61,524 nt of DNA from Candidatus Parcubacteria bacterium (GCA_019347895.1 JAHWKM010000004.1:1-61524); one strand, 5' to 3'. Shown: positions 1-9,747, numbered from the stretch's first letter. The notes: generated by a model from the sequence alone, not told the origin. A program made the numbers and translations.

Positions 1-768
1 AACGGGTACGTCTGACAGCAAAGGCTTTACAACATCTTGAAAAACCGTATCGGATAAACTGGCCCCAATATCAATAATTGGGCAGATAATCCAACTCATC
101 GGGTTTAATAATTTAATATCGCAGTTCGCCAGCTCGCTTTCTCCCGGGTCATCGGCTTCGTCTGCTTTAGCGGCTTCCCTCTGCGCCGCCGCTCTCTCCG
201 AACTTCTCGCTGCCGCTCCTGCATCCCAGCCCGCTCTGCAGGCTCGTATATCGTACACGGCGTTATTACAGGCGTCTTCTTTGCTCATGCCTTTCAGTCC
301 AACCGCATATCCACGATAACAATCGATGGAAGCACCCTCATCTTTGGCTTCCTTGCAGGCTGCTTCGGCTCCACGCCGGGTGTCATCGGTGTCCCTTGTA
401 GCCACCCCGTCAGCATAAACTTTATTCGCGTTTCCCCTCTTCCACAAGTCCTGTTCAAACTTGTTATAATTTGGCTTTGGACGGTTTAAATACCCTGCAA
501 CAAATGTCTCTTTACATAGCTTGTCATCCATGTCGCTTTGAACACCAAGAGAAGACCTTGGACAGTCATTGCCGTCATTATCGCTAACATATGCATCACC
601 AGCCCGGTTGGCCGCTTGCTCTAGATTGCTTTGGGCAAAGGCCTTGGGTCTCACTGGATTAGCCAATCCGATGAACGAGGTAAACATAGAAAATGTGACT
701 ACGGCCGCCGCCGCTACGATCCAAGAGCGCTTATTAAGCAGTTTTTGTTTTAGGCGTTTTGGGTTCAT
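1..768 (-). CDS. Partial (runs off window) secreted/membrane protein, probable VirB6-like T4SS component
   Basis: Not in the ORF track. Manual translation from ATG at 768 is open to position 1: MNPKRLKQKLLNKRSWIVAAAAVVTFSMFTSFIGLANPVRPKAFAQS...CDIKLLNPMSWIICPIIDIGASLSD. It has a signal peptide, a Cys-rich domain and a WIICP motif, and is divergent from the pilin array. Confidence 0.65.
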   Translation of the reverse strand, partial: MNPKRLKQKLLNKRSWIVAAAAVVTFSMFTSFIGLANPVRPKAFAQSNLEQAANRAGDAYVSDNDGNDCPRSSLGVQSDMDDKLCKETFVAGYLNRPKPNYNKFEQDLWKRGNANKVYADGVATRDTDDTRRGAEAACKEAKDEGASIDCYRGYAVGLKGMSKEDACNNAVYDIRACRAGWDAGAAARSSERAAAQREAAKADEADDPGESELANCDIKLLNPMSWIICPIIDIGASLSDTVFQDVVKPLLSDVPV

Positions 769-914
769 ATCACGATACTTTCATGCTTTATCTTAGAACA
801 TTACCGTCAACAAATAAACACTAGCGGCTTCTAATGGCGACATACAGTACTAATTGTGCTTGTGAATTTTGGGCATTTGTTTGATAATGTAATCAAGTAA
901 CTGCAAAAAACAAA

Positions 915-1685
915 ATGGTACAAAACATTATAAACTACAAACTTTTTAAACAACGCTTTTTAGCCTTTGTGCTGGCACTCTTTGCAGGCGTTGCGCTGGC
1001 GGGAGTTTTACCGCCGGAAGTTCTGGCTCAAGCTAAGACAGAAAATGTCCAATTAGCCCAGGCCGGCTCGGATTATCGGTTTAAGGACGATCAAAAAAGG
1101 GCGCAAACGGCGGCCGAGGAGTTTTGCGGCAAAGGCGACGGTCCGCTCAGGCGTGCTTGCCGCCAAGGTTATCGTGCCGGTTACGCCGGCGGTAAAAACA
1201 AGCAGCAAGCCTGCGACTCCAGCCAATATAACCAAGCACAAAAGACTCGCTGTGCCCGAGGCTATGACGCGGGAAGAGCCAAAAGCGGAGCCGGCTCCGG
1301 CTCTAGCAGTGGCCCAGGCCGTAAGGGAGACTATATATGCGGTACTTACGGTGACCCGGACAGAAACGTTAGGACCAAATTTGACTTCGGCTGCCTGGGC
1401 ACGGCTTTTGCCAAGAGTCCCGGCAGTTTTCCGGCCAGCTCCAAAAACCTCAGCCCGATACTTGATTTCGCCTACGCCATCATCAGGTTTTTGTCTGTCG
1501 GCGTCGGCATTGCCATAACTATTGCCATGATACTCGCGGGCATACAATACAGCGCTTCCGAGGGCAACGCCGAAGCGTCCACCAAGGCCAAGAAACATAT
1601 CCAAAGCGCCGTAGCCGGTCTGGTCCTCTATATATTCGCCTGGTCGATTCTGCAATTCTTGATTCCGGGAGGAGTATTTAAATAA
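915..1685 (+). CDS. VirB2/TrbC-like T4SS pilin with extended Cys-rich N-terminal domain
   Basis: Signal peptide, then C-terminal TM-AGIQYSASEGN...KAKKHI-TM pilin signature. Confidence 0.8.
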   Translation: MVQNIINYKLFKQRFLAFVLALFAGVALAGVLPPEVLAQAKTENVQLAQAGSDYRFKDDQKRAQTAAEEFCGKGDGPLRRACRQGYRAGYAGGKNKQQACDSSQYNQAQKTRCARGYDAGRAKSGAGSGSSSGPGRKGDYICGTYGDPDRNVRTKFDFGCLGTAFAKSPGSFPASSKNLSPILDFAYAIIRFLSVGVGIAITIAMILAGIQYSASEGNAEASTKAKKHIQSAVAGLVLYIFAWSILQFLIPGGVFK

Positions 1686-2066
1686 ATGTTTAGTCTTTTA
1701 TACACTCAAGCCGCAGCCCTATTCGCTCAAGCTAACTCGGCCTGCACTAACAGTTTTTTGGGCATTCCTACATGGTTTAAATATTTAAAAACCGTCCCGT
1801 CTAACCAGTGCACGCCGGAACTTAGAGGCCTCAACGACATCTGGCTGATAGGCTTGGCCGTGGTGGAAATTCTAACTAGAGTCGCGGTACTTGTGGCCAT
1901 AGCATTTATAGTCTATGCCGGTATAAAATACAGTAATTCGCGGGCTAACGCCGAGAAGGTTAACTCCGCTAAGTTTACTCTCCAGGACGCGTTTGTCGGA
2001 CTGGCTATATCCATTGTGGCTACAGCGGCAGTAAGCTTTATAGCGGAAAGGTTGACGCAGGGATGA
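1686..2066 (+). CDS. VirB2/TrbC-like pilin
   Basis: C..FLGIPTWFKYL N-terminus and TM-AGIKYSNSRAN..SAKFTL-TM. Confidence 0.8.
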   Translation: MFSLLYTQAAALFAQANSACTNSFLGIPTWFKYLKTVPSNQCTPELRGLNDIWLIGLAVVEILTRVAVLVAIAFIVYAGIKYSNSRANAEKVNSAKFTLQDAFVGLAISIVATAAVSFIAERLTQG

Positions 2067-2413
2067 TAGGTTTTATTAAGATATTGGCCCAAGGCCGTCA
2101 GCTCAAACCTAAGAATTGCGGCGAGGGCCAAAGTGATGCCTTCAACCCCGGCCGAAATCCGGAATGTCTGACCAATTTACCCGGGGTTTCAGCAAACACT
2201 TCCAATCTCCAGCTAGGCTTAAGTATTGTATTTGGCGTGGCTGCGAGCATCGCCCTGGTCAGCCTTGTAATCGCCGCGCTTAATTACGCCACGGCCGCCA
2301 CGGATCATGAGAAAATTATCAGGAGCCGCAAGAACATTATATTTTCGCTGATAGGGCTGGCGATCGCTTTGTCCGCCGAAGTTATGGTATTAACTGTGCT
2401 GGATAATATATAA
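2063..2413 (+). CDS. VirB2/TrbC-like pilin
   Basis: Two hydrophobic helices flanking ALNYATA..RSRKNI; Cys pair. Confidence 0.75.
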   Translation: MIGFIKILAQGRQLKPKNCGEGQSDAFNPGRNPECLTNLPGVSANTSNLQLGLSIVFGVAASIALVSLVIAALNYATAATDHEKIIRSRKNIIFSLIGLAIALSAEVMVLTVLDNI

Positions 2414-2416
2414 ACA

Positions 2417-2824
2417 ATGAAAAAGATAATTCTTAGCGTCATAGCCTTAGTCATTTTAGTTCTGCCGTCTGCCGCTATCGCTCAGTCTGTTGATATAAAC
2501 AGAGATGTCTGCCGGAATGCGCCCGCCACCCGCGTAGACCCGACGCTTTGCCGGGACCGGGTTGGAAATTCCAAAGACCCTAAACAAAACCCGATTTACG
2601 GGCCCAACAGCATAGTGACCAAAGCTGTAAATATTCTTTCCATGGTGGTAGGCGTGGCCGCAGTTATTTTTATAATAGTAGGCGGCTTTAGATACATTAT
2701 TTCCGGCAGCAATCCCGAGGAAGTTAACAAGGCCCGCGAATATATTATTTATGCCCTGGTGGCATTGATACTGGTCGCGGTTGCCCAGCTAATAATTAGG
2801 TATGCGCTTACGCAAATAGATTAG
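2417..2824 (+). CDS. VirB2/TrbC-like pilin
   Basis: Signal peptide AIA|QS, Cys pair, GGFRYIISGSN..KAREYIIYALV. Confidence 0.85.
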   Translation: MKKIILSVIALVILVLPSAAIAQSVDINRDVCRNAPATRVDPTLCRDRVGNSKDPKQNPIYGPNSIVTKAVNILSMVVGVAAVIFIIVGGFRYIISGSNPEEVNKAREYIIYALVALILVAVAQLIIRYALTQID

Positions 2825-2833
2825 AATATAAAT

Positions 2834-3253
2834 ATGAAACTGCATTACACATATCAATTTAAAAAACTAACGGCTGCTCTAGCTTTGGCTCTGCTGCTTA
2901 TGGCTGCCTTTTTCTCGCCGTTGGCCAGCGCCCAGTTATTTCCAGGCTCAAAAGGCGATGCCTGCTCGGCCGTAGGCGCGGCCAACAGCAAGGGCAATTG
3001 CGACCAGAAAGCACTAAACGCCAGCTCTAAAAGCCTCAGCCAAACTCTGTCTAACGTTATAAACGTCCTTTCCATACTAGTGGGTATAGCCGCCGTCATC
3101 ATGCTGATTATCAGCGGCCTTAGATACGTGGTTTCCGGCGGGGATTCGGGGGGTATTACCTCGGCCAAACATACCTTTATTTACGCCTTGGTAGGCTTAA
3201 TAATTGTCGCTTTGGCGCAAGCGATAGTGAAGTACGTATTAAACCGGATTTGA
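2834..3253 (+). CDS. VirB2/TrbC-like pilin
   Basis: ASA|QL, Cys pair, GLRYVVSGGD..SAKHTFIYALVG. Confidence 0.85.
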   Translation: MKLHYTYQFKKLTAALALALLLMAAFFSPLASAQLFPGSKGDACSAVGAANSKGNCDQKALNASSKSLSQTLSNVINVLSILVGIAAVIMLIISGLRYVVSGGDSGGITSAKHTFIYALVGLIIVALAQAIVKYVLNRI

Positions 3254-3312
3254 TTGCGCTGGCGTTCCCCTTATGGTATATATAAATTAGTAAACAACAC
3301 CAAGGAAAAAAT

Positions 3313-3759
3313 ATGATAAAAAGAATTAGACAAAATTTAATAACCAGCCTGGCAGGGGTATTTGCCCTTAGCCTATTCGCGTTGCCGGTTTTTGCCGGCC
3401 AAACAACCTTCGCTCAAGATAGCTATCTTCAAAATAGCCTTTGCCAGGGCGGAGCAAACATTACCGAGAATCCTCTTAGAGGCAAAAATGCCGGGGTTGA
3501 CTGCCAGAATGCGACACGTGACGCCGATGAGCAGCTTAACAATCTAATCCGTCAAGTGATAAATGTCTTCTCTATTATCGTCGGCGTGGTAGCCGTGATC
3601 ATGATTATCTACGGCGGCTTCCGCTATATTACTTCCGGCGGGGATTCGGGCAATGTCGGTACGGCTAAGAACACCATACTTTACGCCATAATCGGACTAG
3701 TTCTAGTGGCTTTGGCGCAGTTTATCGTCAAATTCGTGCTCAACAGAACCACTATATAG
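3313..3759 (+). CDS. VirB2/TrbC-like pilin
   Basis: TFA|QD, Cys pair, GGFRYITSGGD..TAKNTILYAIIG. Confidence 0.85.
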   Translation: MIKRIRQNLITSLAGVFALSLFALPVFAGQTTFAQDSYLQNSLCQGGANITENPLRGKNAGVDCQNATRDADEQLNNLIRQVINVFSIIVGVVAVIMIIYGGFRYITSGGDSGNVGTAKNTILYAIIGLVLVALAQFIVKFVLNRTTI

Positions 3760-3775
3760 TGCTGGATCAAAAAGA

Positions 3776-4252
3776 ATGTTTCATCACTTCCTTAATTCAG
3801 GGATAAAATTTCAAAAAACGTTTGTCGGTATTGCCGTTTTAGGAATGGTATTTGCCGGGCTGATAAGTTTTATGCCGGCCTCGGCCAGCGCCCAGAAGAC
3901 CGGCGAGCTTTGCAGCGGCGCCAATCTCGATCTGGGCAATAACAAAAGAAGCTGCCAAACTAGGTCCGGTGTTTCCACAACCAAAGGGGGGAAGCTTTGT
4001 GATGGCCAGGCCTGCAGCGACAGAGCCCTTAACAATTTGATTAGGCAGGTTGTCAACGTCTTTTCTATCATAGTCGGCGTGGTAGCCGTGATCATGATTA
4101 TCTACGGCGGCTTCCGCTACGTTGCTTCCGGCGGAGAGTCCGGCAATATCAGCACGGCCAAAAATACCTTGATTTATGCTTTGGTCGGCCTGATTATCGT
4201 GGCTCTGGCGCAGGTGATAGTCAAATTCGTGCTTAACAGAGTAACCTCCTAG
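3776..4252 (+). CDS. VirB2/TrbC-like pilin
   Basis: ASA|QK, 4 Cys, GGFRYVASGGE..TAKNTLIYALVG. Confidence 0.85.
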   Translation: MFHHFLNSGIKFQKTFVGIAVLGMVFAGLISFMPASASAQKTGELCSGANLDLGNNKRSCQTRSGVSTTKGGKLCDGQACSDRALNNLIRQVVNVFSIIVGVVAVIMIIYGGFRYVASGGESGNISTAKNTLIYALVGLIIVALAQVIVKFVLNRVTS

Positions 4253-4372
4253 CTGATTTGAACCTTTATTTACCTTAACAGGATTTTCGGTGGCCTTAAT
4301 CAACAATAGACAGTAGACCAGTACTCCAGCAAACCGGATATTTGCAAAAACCTTTTGCAATATCTAGTTAAC

Positions 4373-4849
4373 TTATTGTATTTGTATCTTTTTAACGGTG
4401 TCTTGTTTGACTTTGGTAAATTTAATTGTCAGTACGCCGTCTTTTAGGCCGGCTTCTATCTCTTCTTCCTTAACAGGAACAGGCAGAGCAATACTGCGGC
4501 TGAATTCGCCCCAATAGCACTCCTGTACAAAGTAATTCTCTACTTCTTCTTCGCTGCCTGCGCTTAGCGTACCGCGAATACTCAGGGTATTATCAGAAAT
4601 ACTTACGTCCAGGTCGTCTTTGTTAACGCCGGCGGTCCGGGCTTTTACGACTAGTTTTTCTTTGGTTTCGTAGACGTCGACGGCCAATTGGCCGGGAACA
4701 GCGTCTTCTTCCTCCCACTCGTCATCGGCCGGCGCAGCCGCAGCTTGCCCGTCATTGCTAGTTGCTGGAGCCAAATCATCGTCGCCTAAAAAGGCTGCCG
4801 TTAGCTCATCTTCCATCAATAAATCTTCGTCACGGCTCTTACGCGCCAT
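4373..4849 (-). CDS. Hsp20/alpha-crystallin small heat-shock protein
   Basis: LAVDVYET, ECYWGEFSRSIALP, AGLKDGVLTI motifs; ATG at 4849 preferred. Confidence 0.92.
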   Translation of the reverse strand: MARKSRDEDLLMEDELTAAFLGDDDLAPATSNDGQAAAAPADDEWEEEDAVPGQLAVDVYETKEKLVVKARTAGVNKDDLDVSISDNTLSIRGTLSAGSEEEVENYFVQECYWGEFSRSIALPVPVKEEEIEAGLKDGVLTIKFTKVKQDTVKKIQIQ

Positions 4850-5116
4850 AGTTTTACCCTCCGGGGTTGACACCTTAAATTTTGCGGCGTCTGCTTTTTA
4901 GATTGGTTTTTTGACTAATGAGAGTTTTTATATTTATATCTAGTATAGCTCAGTTGTTGGCTAATACAACCGTAGTTAGTACATATTTACAACACTAAAA
5001 TTACCACAGTCAAAAGTGCCTACAAGCAGGTCCTGCTCCCCTTTAACAGTGAATCGTCTCAGCTGCGCAAGTATGAAGCCTTTGTTTATTTTTAAGTTAA
5101 AGTGTTTAATGGCCTA

Positions 5117-5791
5117 ATGAATTTAGTCGAGACGGTAATCAGTATAATTGCGCCGCATAAATGCATAATCTGCAGGATTAATGGCGGACTTCTATGTGAT
5201 CCGTGCCGCCTAACTGGTCTTAGTGAGCCGCCCGCACGCTGTTATCGGTGTCATGCGGCCAGTGTCCAGAGCCAAGTCTGCCAAAAGTGCCGCAAACATA
5301 CGGTTTTGCGGCATGTGTGGGTGGCGTCAGACTATCAAGATACCGCCAAGGAGTTACTCCATCGGCTAAAATTTGAAAGAACCAGCTCGGCTGCTGAGCC
5401 AATAGCAGCCGCCATAGATAATATTTTGCCAGATTTGCCGCCGGGTACACTGGTGGTCTATGTACCAACCGCTAACAGCCGCGTAAGAATCCGTGGCTAC
5501 GACCAGGCGAAATTAATCGCTCAAAAAGTCGCAAAAAGACGGAACTGGCCATACCAAACGCTTTTGATGCGCAAGGGCAGTTCGCGACAGGTCGGTTCAG
5601 GCCGCCAAGACCGCTTTAAACAGATTGAATCCGCCCTATTACCGGTCAAGCAAGGTAATATTAAAAGCGCTAATATATTGATGATCGATGACGTCACTAC
5701 TACCGGCGCGACTCTGGAAGCAGCCGCTAAAATTTTAAAATCAGCCGGTGCCCAGACCATAGACGCGGCCGTCTTTGCCCAGCCGGTTTAA
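5117..5791 (+). CDS. ComF family protein (double Zn ribbon + PRTase)
   Basis: CxxC pairs, RGYDQA, IDDVTTTGATL. Confidence 0.9.
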   Translation: MNLVETVISIIAPHKCIICRINGGLLCDPCRLTGLSEPPARCYRCHAASVQSQVCQKCRKHTVLRHVWVASDYQDTAKELLHRLKFERTSSAAEPIAAAIDNILPDLPPGTLVVYVPTANSRVRIRGYDQAKLIAQKVAKRRNWPYQTLLMRKGSSRQVGSGRQDRFKQIESALLPVKQGNIKSANILMIDDVTTTGATLEAAAKILKSAGAQTIDAAVFAQPV

Positions 5792-6744
5792 CTATTTTTA
5801 AACTTCTTTTTATAGTCTGCGAAGTTCCAGGTATTTAAAAATTTCCGGGCGGCCTCTTGGCCATTTTGCAGCAGTCTCTCTTGTTGCGTATTCGTTATAT
5901 CAAAATTTATTGACCGAATATCCTCCACGTCGACAAACATAGTTCTAGCCAAGGTATCCGGATTGTTCAAATGCCGCTGGTCATGGCCGTTTATGGCGGT
6001 GTCTAACAGGGCGCTTATTAAGCTCATCGGTCCGGTAATCTTGCGCGGGACAAGGTTGGCATTTTCTTTGGCGGCCAGCTTAATCCCAAATGTCGGCCAG
6101 TCCGGCTGGGCCTCGTCCGGCTCGTCAAAGGAATTGATGGGAAAGTTAGACAGCATGCCGCCGTCGACCAAAGTAGATCCGCCGAGGCGCGCCGGCTTGT
6201 AAAAGAAAGGTATGGACATGGAAGTGCGCACTGCCACCGCTATGGATTGCTCGTCAGGATTAAGTCCGTATTTATGGTAGTCCCAGGGCAAATAAACCAA
6301 CTCGCCCCTGGAAAGGTCAGCCGTGATAATTGTGAGCCTGTAGGCTTGGTTTTTGGGTAAAAGCCCGTATTCCGAGCTGTGCAGGCGCAGATCGCCGAAG
6401 GTTTTTATTCCGCAAGCTTCTAGCTCGTCGGCAATCCATTTTTGCAAGTAGTCCCCTTTGTAGAGGCCGTTTTCTATTAAAAACGAAGCCAGCTTGCCGG
6501 GCGCGCCAAACCGGCTTAGCCATGTCTCGTCCCGGAATTTTCGATAGTTCAGCGACTGCATTATTTTAACCATTTTCGGCGCGCTGCATCCGGCCGCTGC
6601 TAAGGAGCCTACAATAGCCCCTGCCGAAGTGCCGGCCACTCGCCGAACGCTATAGCCGTCTTTTTCCAGCTCCGAAATAGCTCCGACCAGCCCAATGCCT
6701 CTGACGCCCCCGCCTTCCAGCACCAGGTCTATATTTTTATCCAT
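5788..6744 (-). CDS. Patatin-like phospholipase
   Basis: GGGVRG oxyanion motif, GTSAG nucleophile, DGG catalytic Asp. Confidence 0.93.
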   Translation of the reverse strand: MDKNIDLVLEGGGVRGIGLVGAISELEKDGYSVRRVAGTSAGAIVGSLAAAGCSAPKMVKIMQSLNYRKFRDETWLSRFGAPGKLASFLIENGLYKGDYLQKWIADELEACGIKTFGDLRLHSSEYGLLPKNQAYRLTIITADLSRGELVYLPWDYHKYGLNPDEQSIAVAVRTSMSIPFFYKPARLGGSTLVDGGMLSNFPINSFDEPDEAQPDWPTFGIKLAAKENANLVPRKITGPMSLISALLDTAINGHDQRHLNNPDTLARTMFVDVEDIRSINFDITNTQQERLLQNGQEAARKFLNTWNFADYKKKFKNS

Positions 6745-6786
6745 ACGTAAATATTAGCAGATATATCACAAGTACTGTCCGGTACA

Positions 6787-6879
6787 TGGCGGAGGAGGGG
6801 AGATTCGAACTCCCGCGCCGAGTTGCCCCGGCCTAACGATTTAGCAAACCGTCCCCTTCAGCCACTTGGGTACTCCTCC
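6787..6879 (-). tRNA. tRNA-Ser(GCT)
   Basis: GGAGGAG...CTCCTCCGCCA; anticodon arm ACGGT-TT-GCT-AA-ATCGT; long variable arm; TTCGAAT. Confidence 0.95.
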
Positions 6880-6977
6880 ATAACAGATGTAAATTATAAC
6901 ATGCGCTAGTAAACATTAATATTTGGTAGAGCTGTTAGGGGTCTATTCTCTAGCAATTTCTCGTGTACAATAAGCTT

Positions 6978-7571
6978 ATGGCTGAAAATAAAAATCCGGA
7001 ACCCGGCTGGAGCTACAAGCCCGACGACACGCCGGCCAACCAGCAGGCTAACGCCGCCCAGTTGCCGCAACCTCCTTCCAACTCCGATCCACACCCCGAT
7101 CAGGCCAAACTATCCGAGTCGGTAAACTGGACGGCCTCGGAATTCGTGTCCAACCATAAGGACGCCAAATGGCATGCCGGCTATCTGACAGTACTTATAA
7201 TTGCGCTAATACTCATTTATGCCTTCACCAGAGATGTTATATCGGTTGTTGTTATAAGCATCATGGGCATATTGCTATTAGTTTTGGCCAACCACAAGCC
7301 GCGCCAGCTTCCCTACGAAGTCAACAATAAGGGAATCGGCATCGGCAATAAATTCCATACCTATGAACAGTTCAAATCTTTCTCGCTTTCCACCGAAGAG
7401 GCAGTAGGCTGTATTAATTTTATGCCGCTGCACCGCTTTACGCCGGAGATTTCTATCTATTTTCCTCCCGATGAAGGGGATAAGATATTAGATATCATTT
7501 CCCGGCACATACCCAACGACCAAACTCAAGAGAAAAAAGTCGACCGTATGTTCAAAAAAATCCGCTTCTAA
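6978..7571 (+). CDS. Conserved CPR two-TM membrane protein with PH-like C-terminal domain
   Basis: WTASEF motif, two TM helices, GIGIGNKFHTYEQFKSF. Confidence 0.65.
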   Translation: MAENKNPEPGWSYKPDDTPANQQANAAQLPQPPSNSDPHPDQAKLSESVNWTASEFVSNHKDAKWHAGYLTVLIIALILIYAFTRDVISVVVISIMGILLLVLANHKPRQLPYEVNNKGIGIGNKFHTYEQFKSFSLSTEEAVGCINFMPLHRFTPEISIYFPPDEGDKILDIISRHIPNDQTQEKKVDRMFKKIRF

Positions 7572-7584
7572 AGCCGCCCTATAC

Positions 7585-7875
7585 CTATTTATTTCGGTTC
7601 TCCCGGTTATGCCAGACACGGATGATAATCGCGTCGGAGCCCGATAATTTATACCTCAGTACATAAGCTCCAGCTCCAAAAGCCACAAACAATTCTCGCC
7701 GCCCCGTTTCATCGGGCATGGAGCGGCCGATGTGCGGGTTTGCTTGCAGCAAGTCGGCGGCTTTCAGGATAGCATTTGCTGCCTGAGGCGCCGCTTCAGG
7801 ACTTTTGTCATATAAAAATGTATAAAGTCGTTCAATATCGTCGAGAGCTTCTGGTAGCCACCTTACTGCTGCCAT
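7585..7875 (-). CDS. RelE/ParE family toxin
   Basis: WLPEALDDIERL, P.IGR, IIRVWH.RE motifs. Confidence 0.9.
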   Translation of the reverse strand: MAAVRWLPEALDDIERLYTFLYDKSPEAAPQAANAILKAADLLQANPHIGRSMPDETGRRELFVAFGAGAYVLRYKLSGSDAIIIRVWHNRENRNK

Positions 7876-8129
7876 GGTTTATGTTTGCCTTTGGCAAGAC
7901 TGTCCAGCCATAGTCTGGCTGTTTCGTGATCGAGGACTTTACCGGTAAGCTGATATTGCTCCCATCGTTCCATATCCTCGCTTTTTTCGCGTTCATATTG
8001 CTCCTCACGCTCGAGATAGCTCTCTATAGCGGCGCGCATAAGCCAGTGTGGCGAACGGTCGCGCTTAGCAGCCAGCGCCTTTAATCGTTTTTGGGTGTTT
8101 TCATCCAGTTTTATTCCGGTTGTAGCCAT
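7863..8129 (-). CDS. CopG/RHH antitoxin
   Basis: TTGIKLD..RLKALAAKRDRSPHWLMRAAIESYL; overlaps the toxin gene. Confidence 0.9.
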   Translation of the reverse strand: MATTGIKLDENTQKRLKALAAKRDRSPHWLMRAAIESYLEREEQYEREKSEDMERWEQYQLTGKVLDHETARLWLDSLAKGKHKPWQQ

Positions 8130-8192
8130 AGTATTCTCCTATTTTCAGGGTAACACTTAGTGCAACTTATTGCAACCATATTAAGTCAGAAA

Positions 8193-8831
8193 CTATATAG
8201 GCTTTATGATATCTTCAGATACTTCGTCAGTTTTTGCTGCGCGATGATGAGGTTTAACGGCATTCTTACCGTAATAGTAAATAAATCCTATAATAATGAG
8301 GTTTCCTATGAGCCCGTACGTCGGTCTAACATAAAGTATATTTATTGGCTGACCAATGAGGCTTAGGCAGCTAAATACGTACGCTGCAGCTGCCAGTATC
8401 CATGGATAAGGAGCTTCATAATGAGGCTCCTGCTTAATTTTAAACAGCAGCATAATAGTCGCAGCCATATCGACTAAAAAGACTAGCCCGATGGCTAAAA
8501 CATTATTTTGAGTCAAACCCCAGACTATAATTGTCACTAATGCCGAGACGAGAAGTACTCGATCCCAGCGCGAAGTGTCCCTTACGCCGTACATAAGTGA
8601 AAGTAAAAAGATAGTAAAATAGCCCACAAAAAAAGTCAGCGATACCAGTATGGAACCTCTGCCCCCAATAAAGAATTGCGAGAAAAAGGCAATACCTTGC
8701 GTAGTGGCGAAAACTAACCAGCTAAATTGATGGGGCCTAGTCTTGCCGCTTAATATTGATCTTATATAAGGGAGAATGCTGTATATTGCCAGAACTGTTG
8801 AAAGAAGAGCCGCTCCAGCAGTAAAATTCAT
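8193..8831 (-). CDS. Multi-pass membrane protein (PQ-loop-like CPR family)
   Basis: About 7 TM; PY..IL.GKTRP..FSW motif. Confidence 0.6.
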   Translation of the reverse strand: MNFTAGAALLSTVLAIYSILPYIRSILSGKTRPHQFSWLVFATTQGIAFFSQFFIGGRGSILVSLTFFVGYFTIFLLSLMYGVRDTSRWDRVLLVSALVTIIVWGLTQNNVLAIGLVFLVDMAATIMLLFKIKQEPHYEAPYPWILAAAAYVFSCLSLIGQPINILYVRPTYGLIGNLIIIGFIYYYGKNAVKPHHRAAKTDEVSEDIIKPI

Positions 8832-8954
8832 AGAATCATATTAACAACAAACCAGGTAGATGCAGAATCTTTAAATAGCAACACCTTGATTTGGGTTTTA
8901 ATACTTAACATAAGTTCTCTTGGTACAGTGTAATGTACGAAGTTGAAATCTATT

Positions 8955-9425
8955 TTACAGCTCTTGTGTGCGAGCGACGTGTCCAAGGGTTATAAAAAAT
9001 GAAGCCAATAGTTCCCTGTTGGCGTCTGGGTTAAATCCCTCCACTACCGGAGTTTCAAGAGCGGTTCTTTCCCCTATATCCCAATCGGCAGTATTAGGAG
9101 GAGCAGGCTCTGCTTTATTAACAGCCTGTACAATATTTTTAAAAGTGCTTGTGGGTACATGCAGTTCGGGTTCTGATGAATGAGTAGCTGTTAATCTTGT
9201 AAGTTGTTTACCTACATTGGCAATTAAGACTCTGCCCCCCTCTTGAGTGTGTTTTTCGTCAATAATTCTCATTTCAAGTTGAGGTAGCGTTACCGGATTA
9301 CTTACTCCTACCGCAAATCCGTCACCTATAAAGTAGTAGCTGACGGGCAGGTCGTTACTACCTCTAGCAGTGACTTCTAGTAGGCTTTCATAAGTTTGTC
9401 GAGATGCTTCGGCTGTATCAGGCAT
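8955..9425 (-). CDS. Orphan hypothetical protein
   Basis: 156-aa ORF with TTGACA-17-GATAAT promoter 6 nt before ATG. Confidence 0.65.
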   Translation of the reverse strand: MPDTAEASRQTYESLLEVTARGSNDLPVSYYFIGDGFAVGVSNPVTLPQLEMRIIDEKHTQEGGRVLIANVGKQLTRLTATHSSEPELHVPTSTFKNIVQAVNKAEPAPPNTADWDIGERTALETPVVEGFNPDANRELLASFFITLGHVARTQEL

Positions 9426-9464
9426 CTTTTTATTATCGTATGAATCTCATAATATGTCAAGTAG

Positions 9465-9541
9465 TGGTACACCCGGCGTGATTCGAACACACGACCTTTG
9501 GCTCCGCAAGCCAACGCTCTATCCAGCTGAGCTACGGGTGC
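9465..9541 (-). tRNA. tRNA-Arg(GCG)
   Basis: GCACCCGTAGCTCAG...CGGGTGTACCA; anticodon arm TTGGC-TT-GCG-GA-GCCAA. Confidence 0.95.
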
Positions 9542-9747
9542 TCGTCAAAACTTGCGCCGCTACCTCGTTTTGCCTAGTCGGCAAAAGCTTCGGCCTACGG
9601 CTTTGTTTCTCCTCTCAATTTTACATTCGGTCGCACAGCTCCTTGGATTGCAAAATTGGTTGGGCTTCATGAAAGCATAGGATATACTAACATATTTACC
9701 TCTGTTTAGCTAACTAAAATCTGATAAAAGCTATATCATAAAGGACT

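Noticed and set aside
569..796. 75-aa plus-strand ORF
   Set aside because: Shadow of the longer minus-strand ORF 768-1
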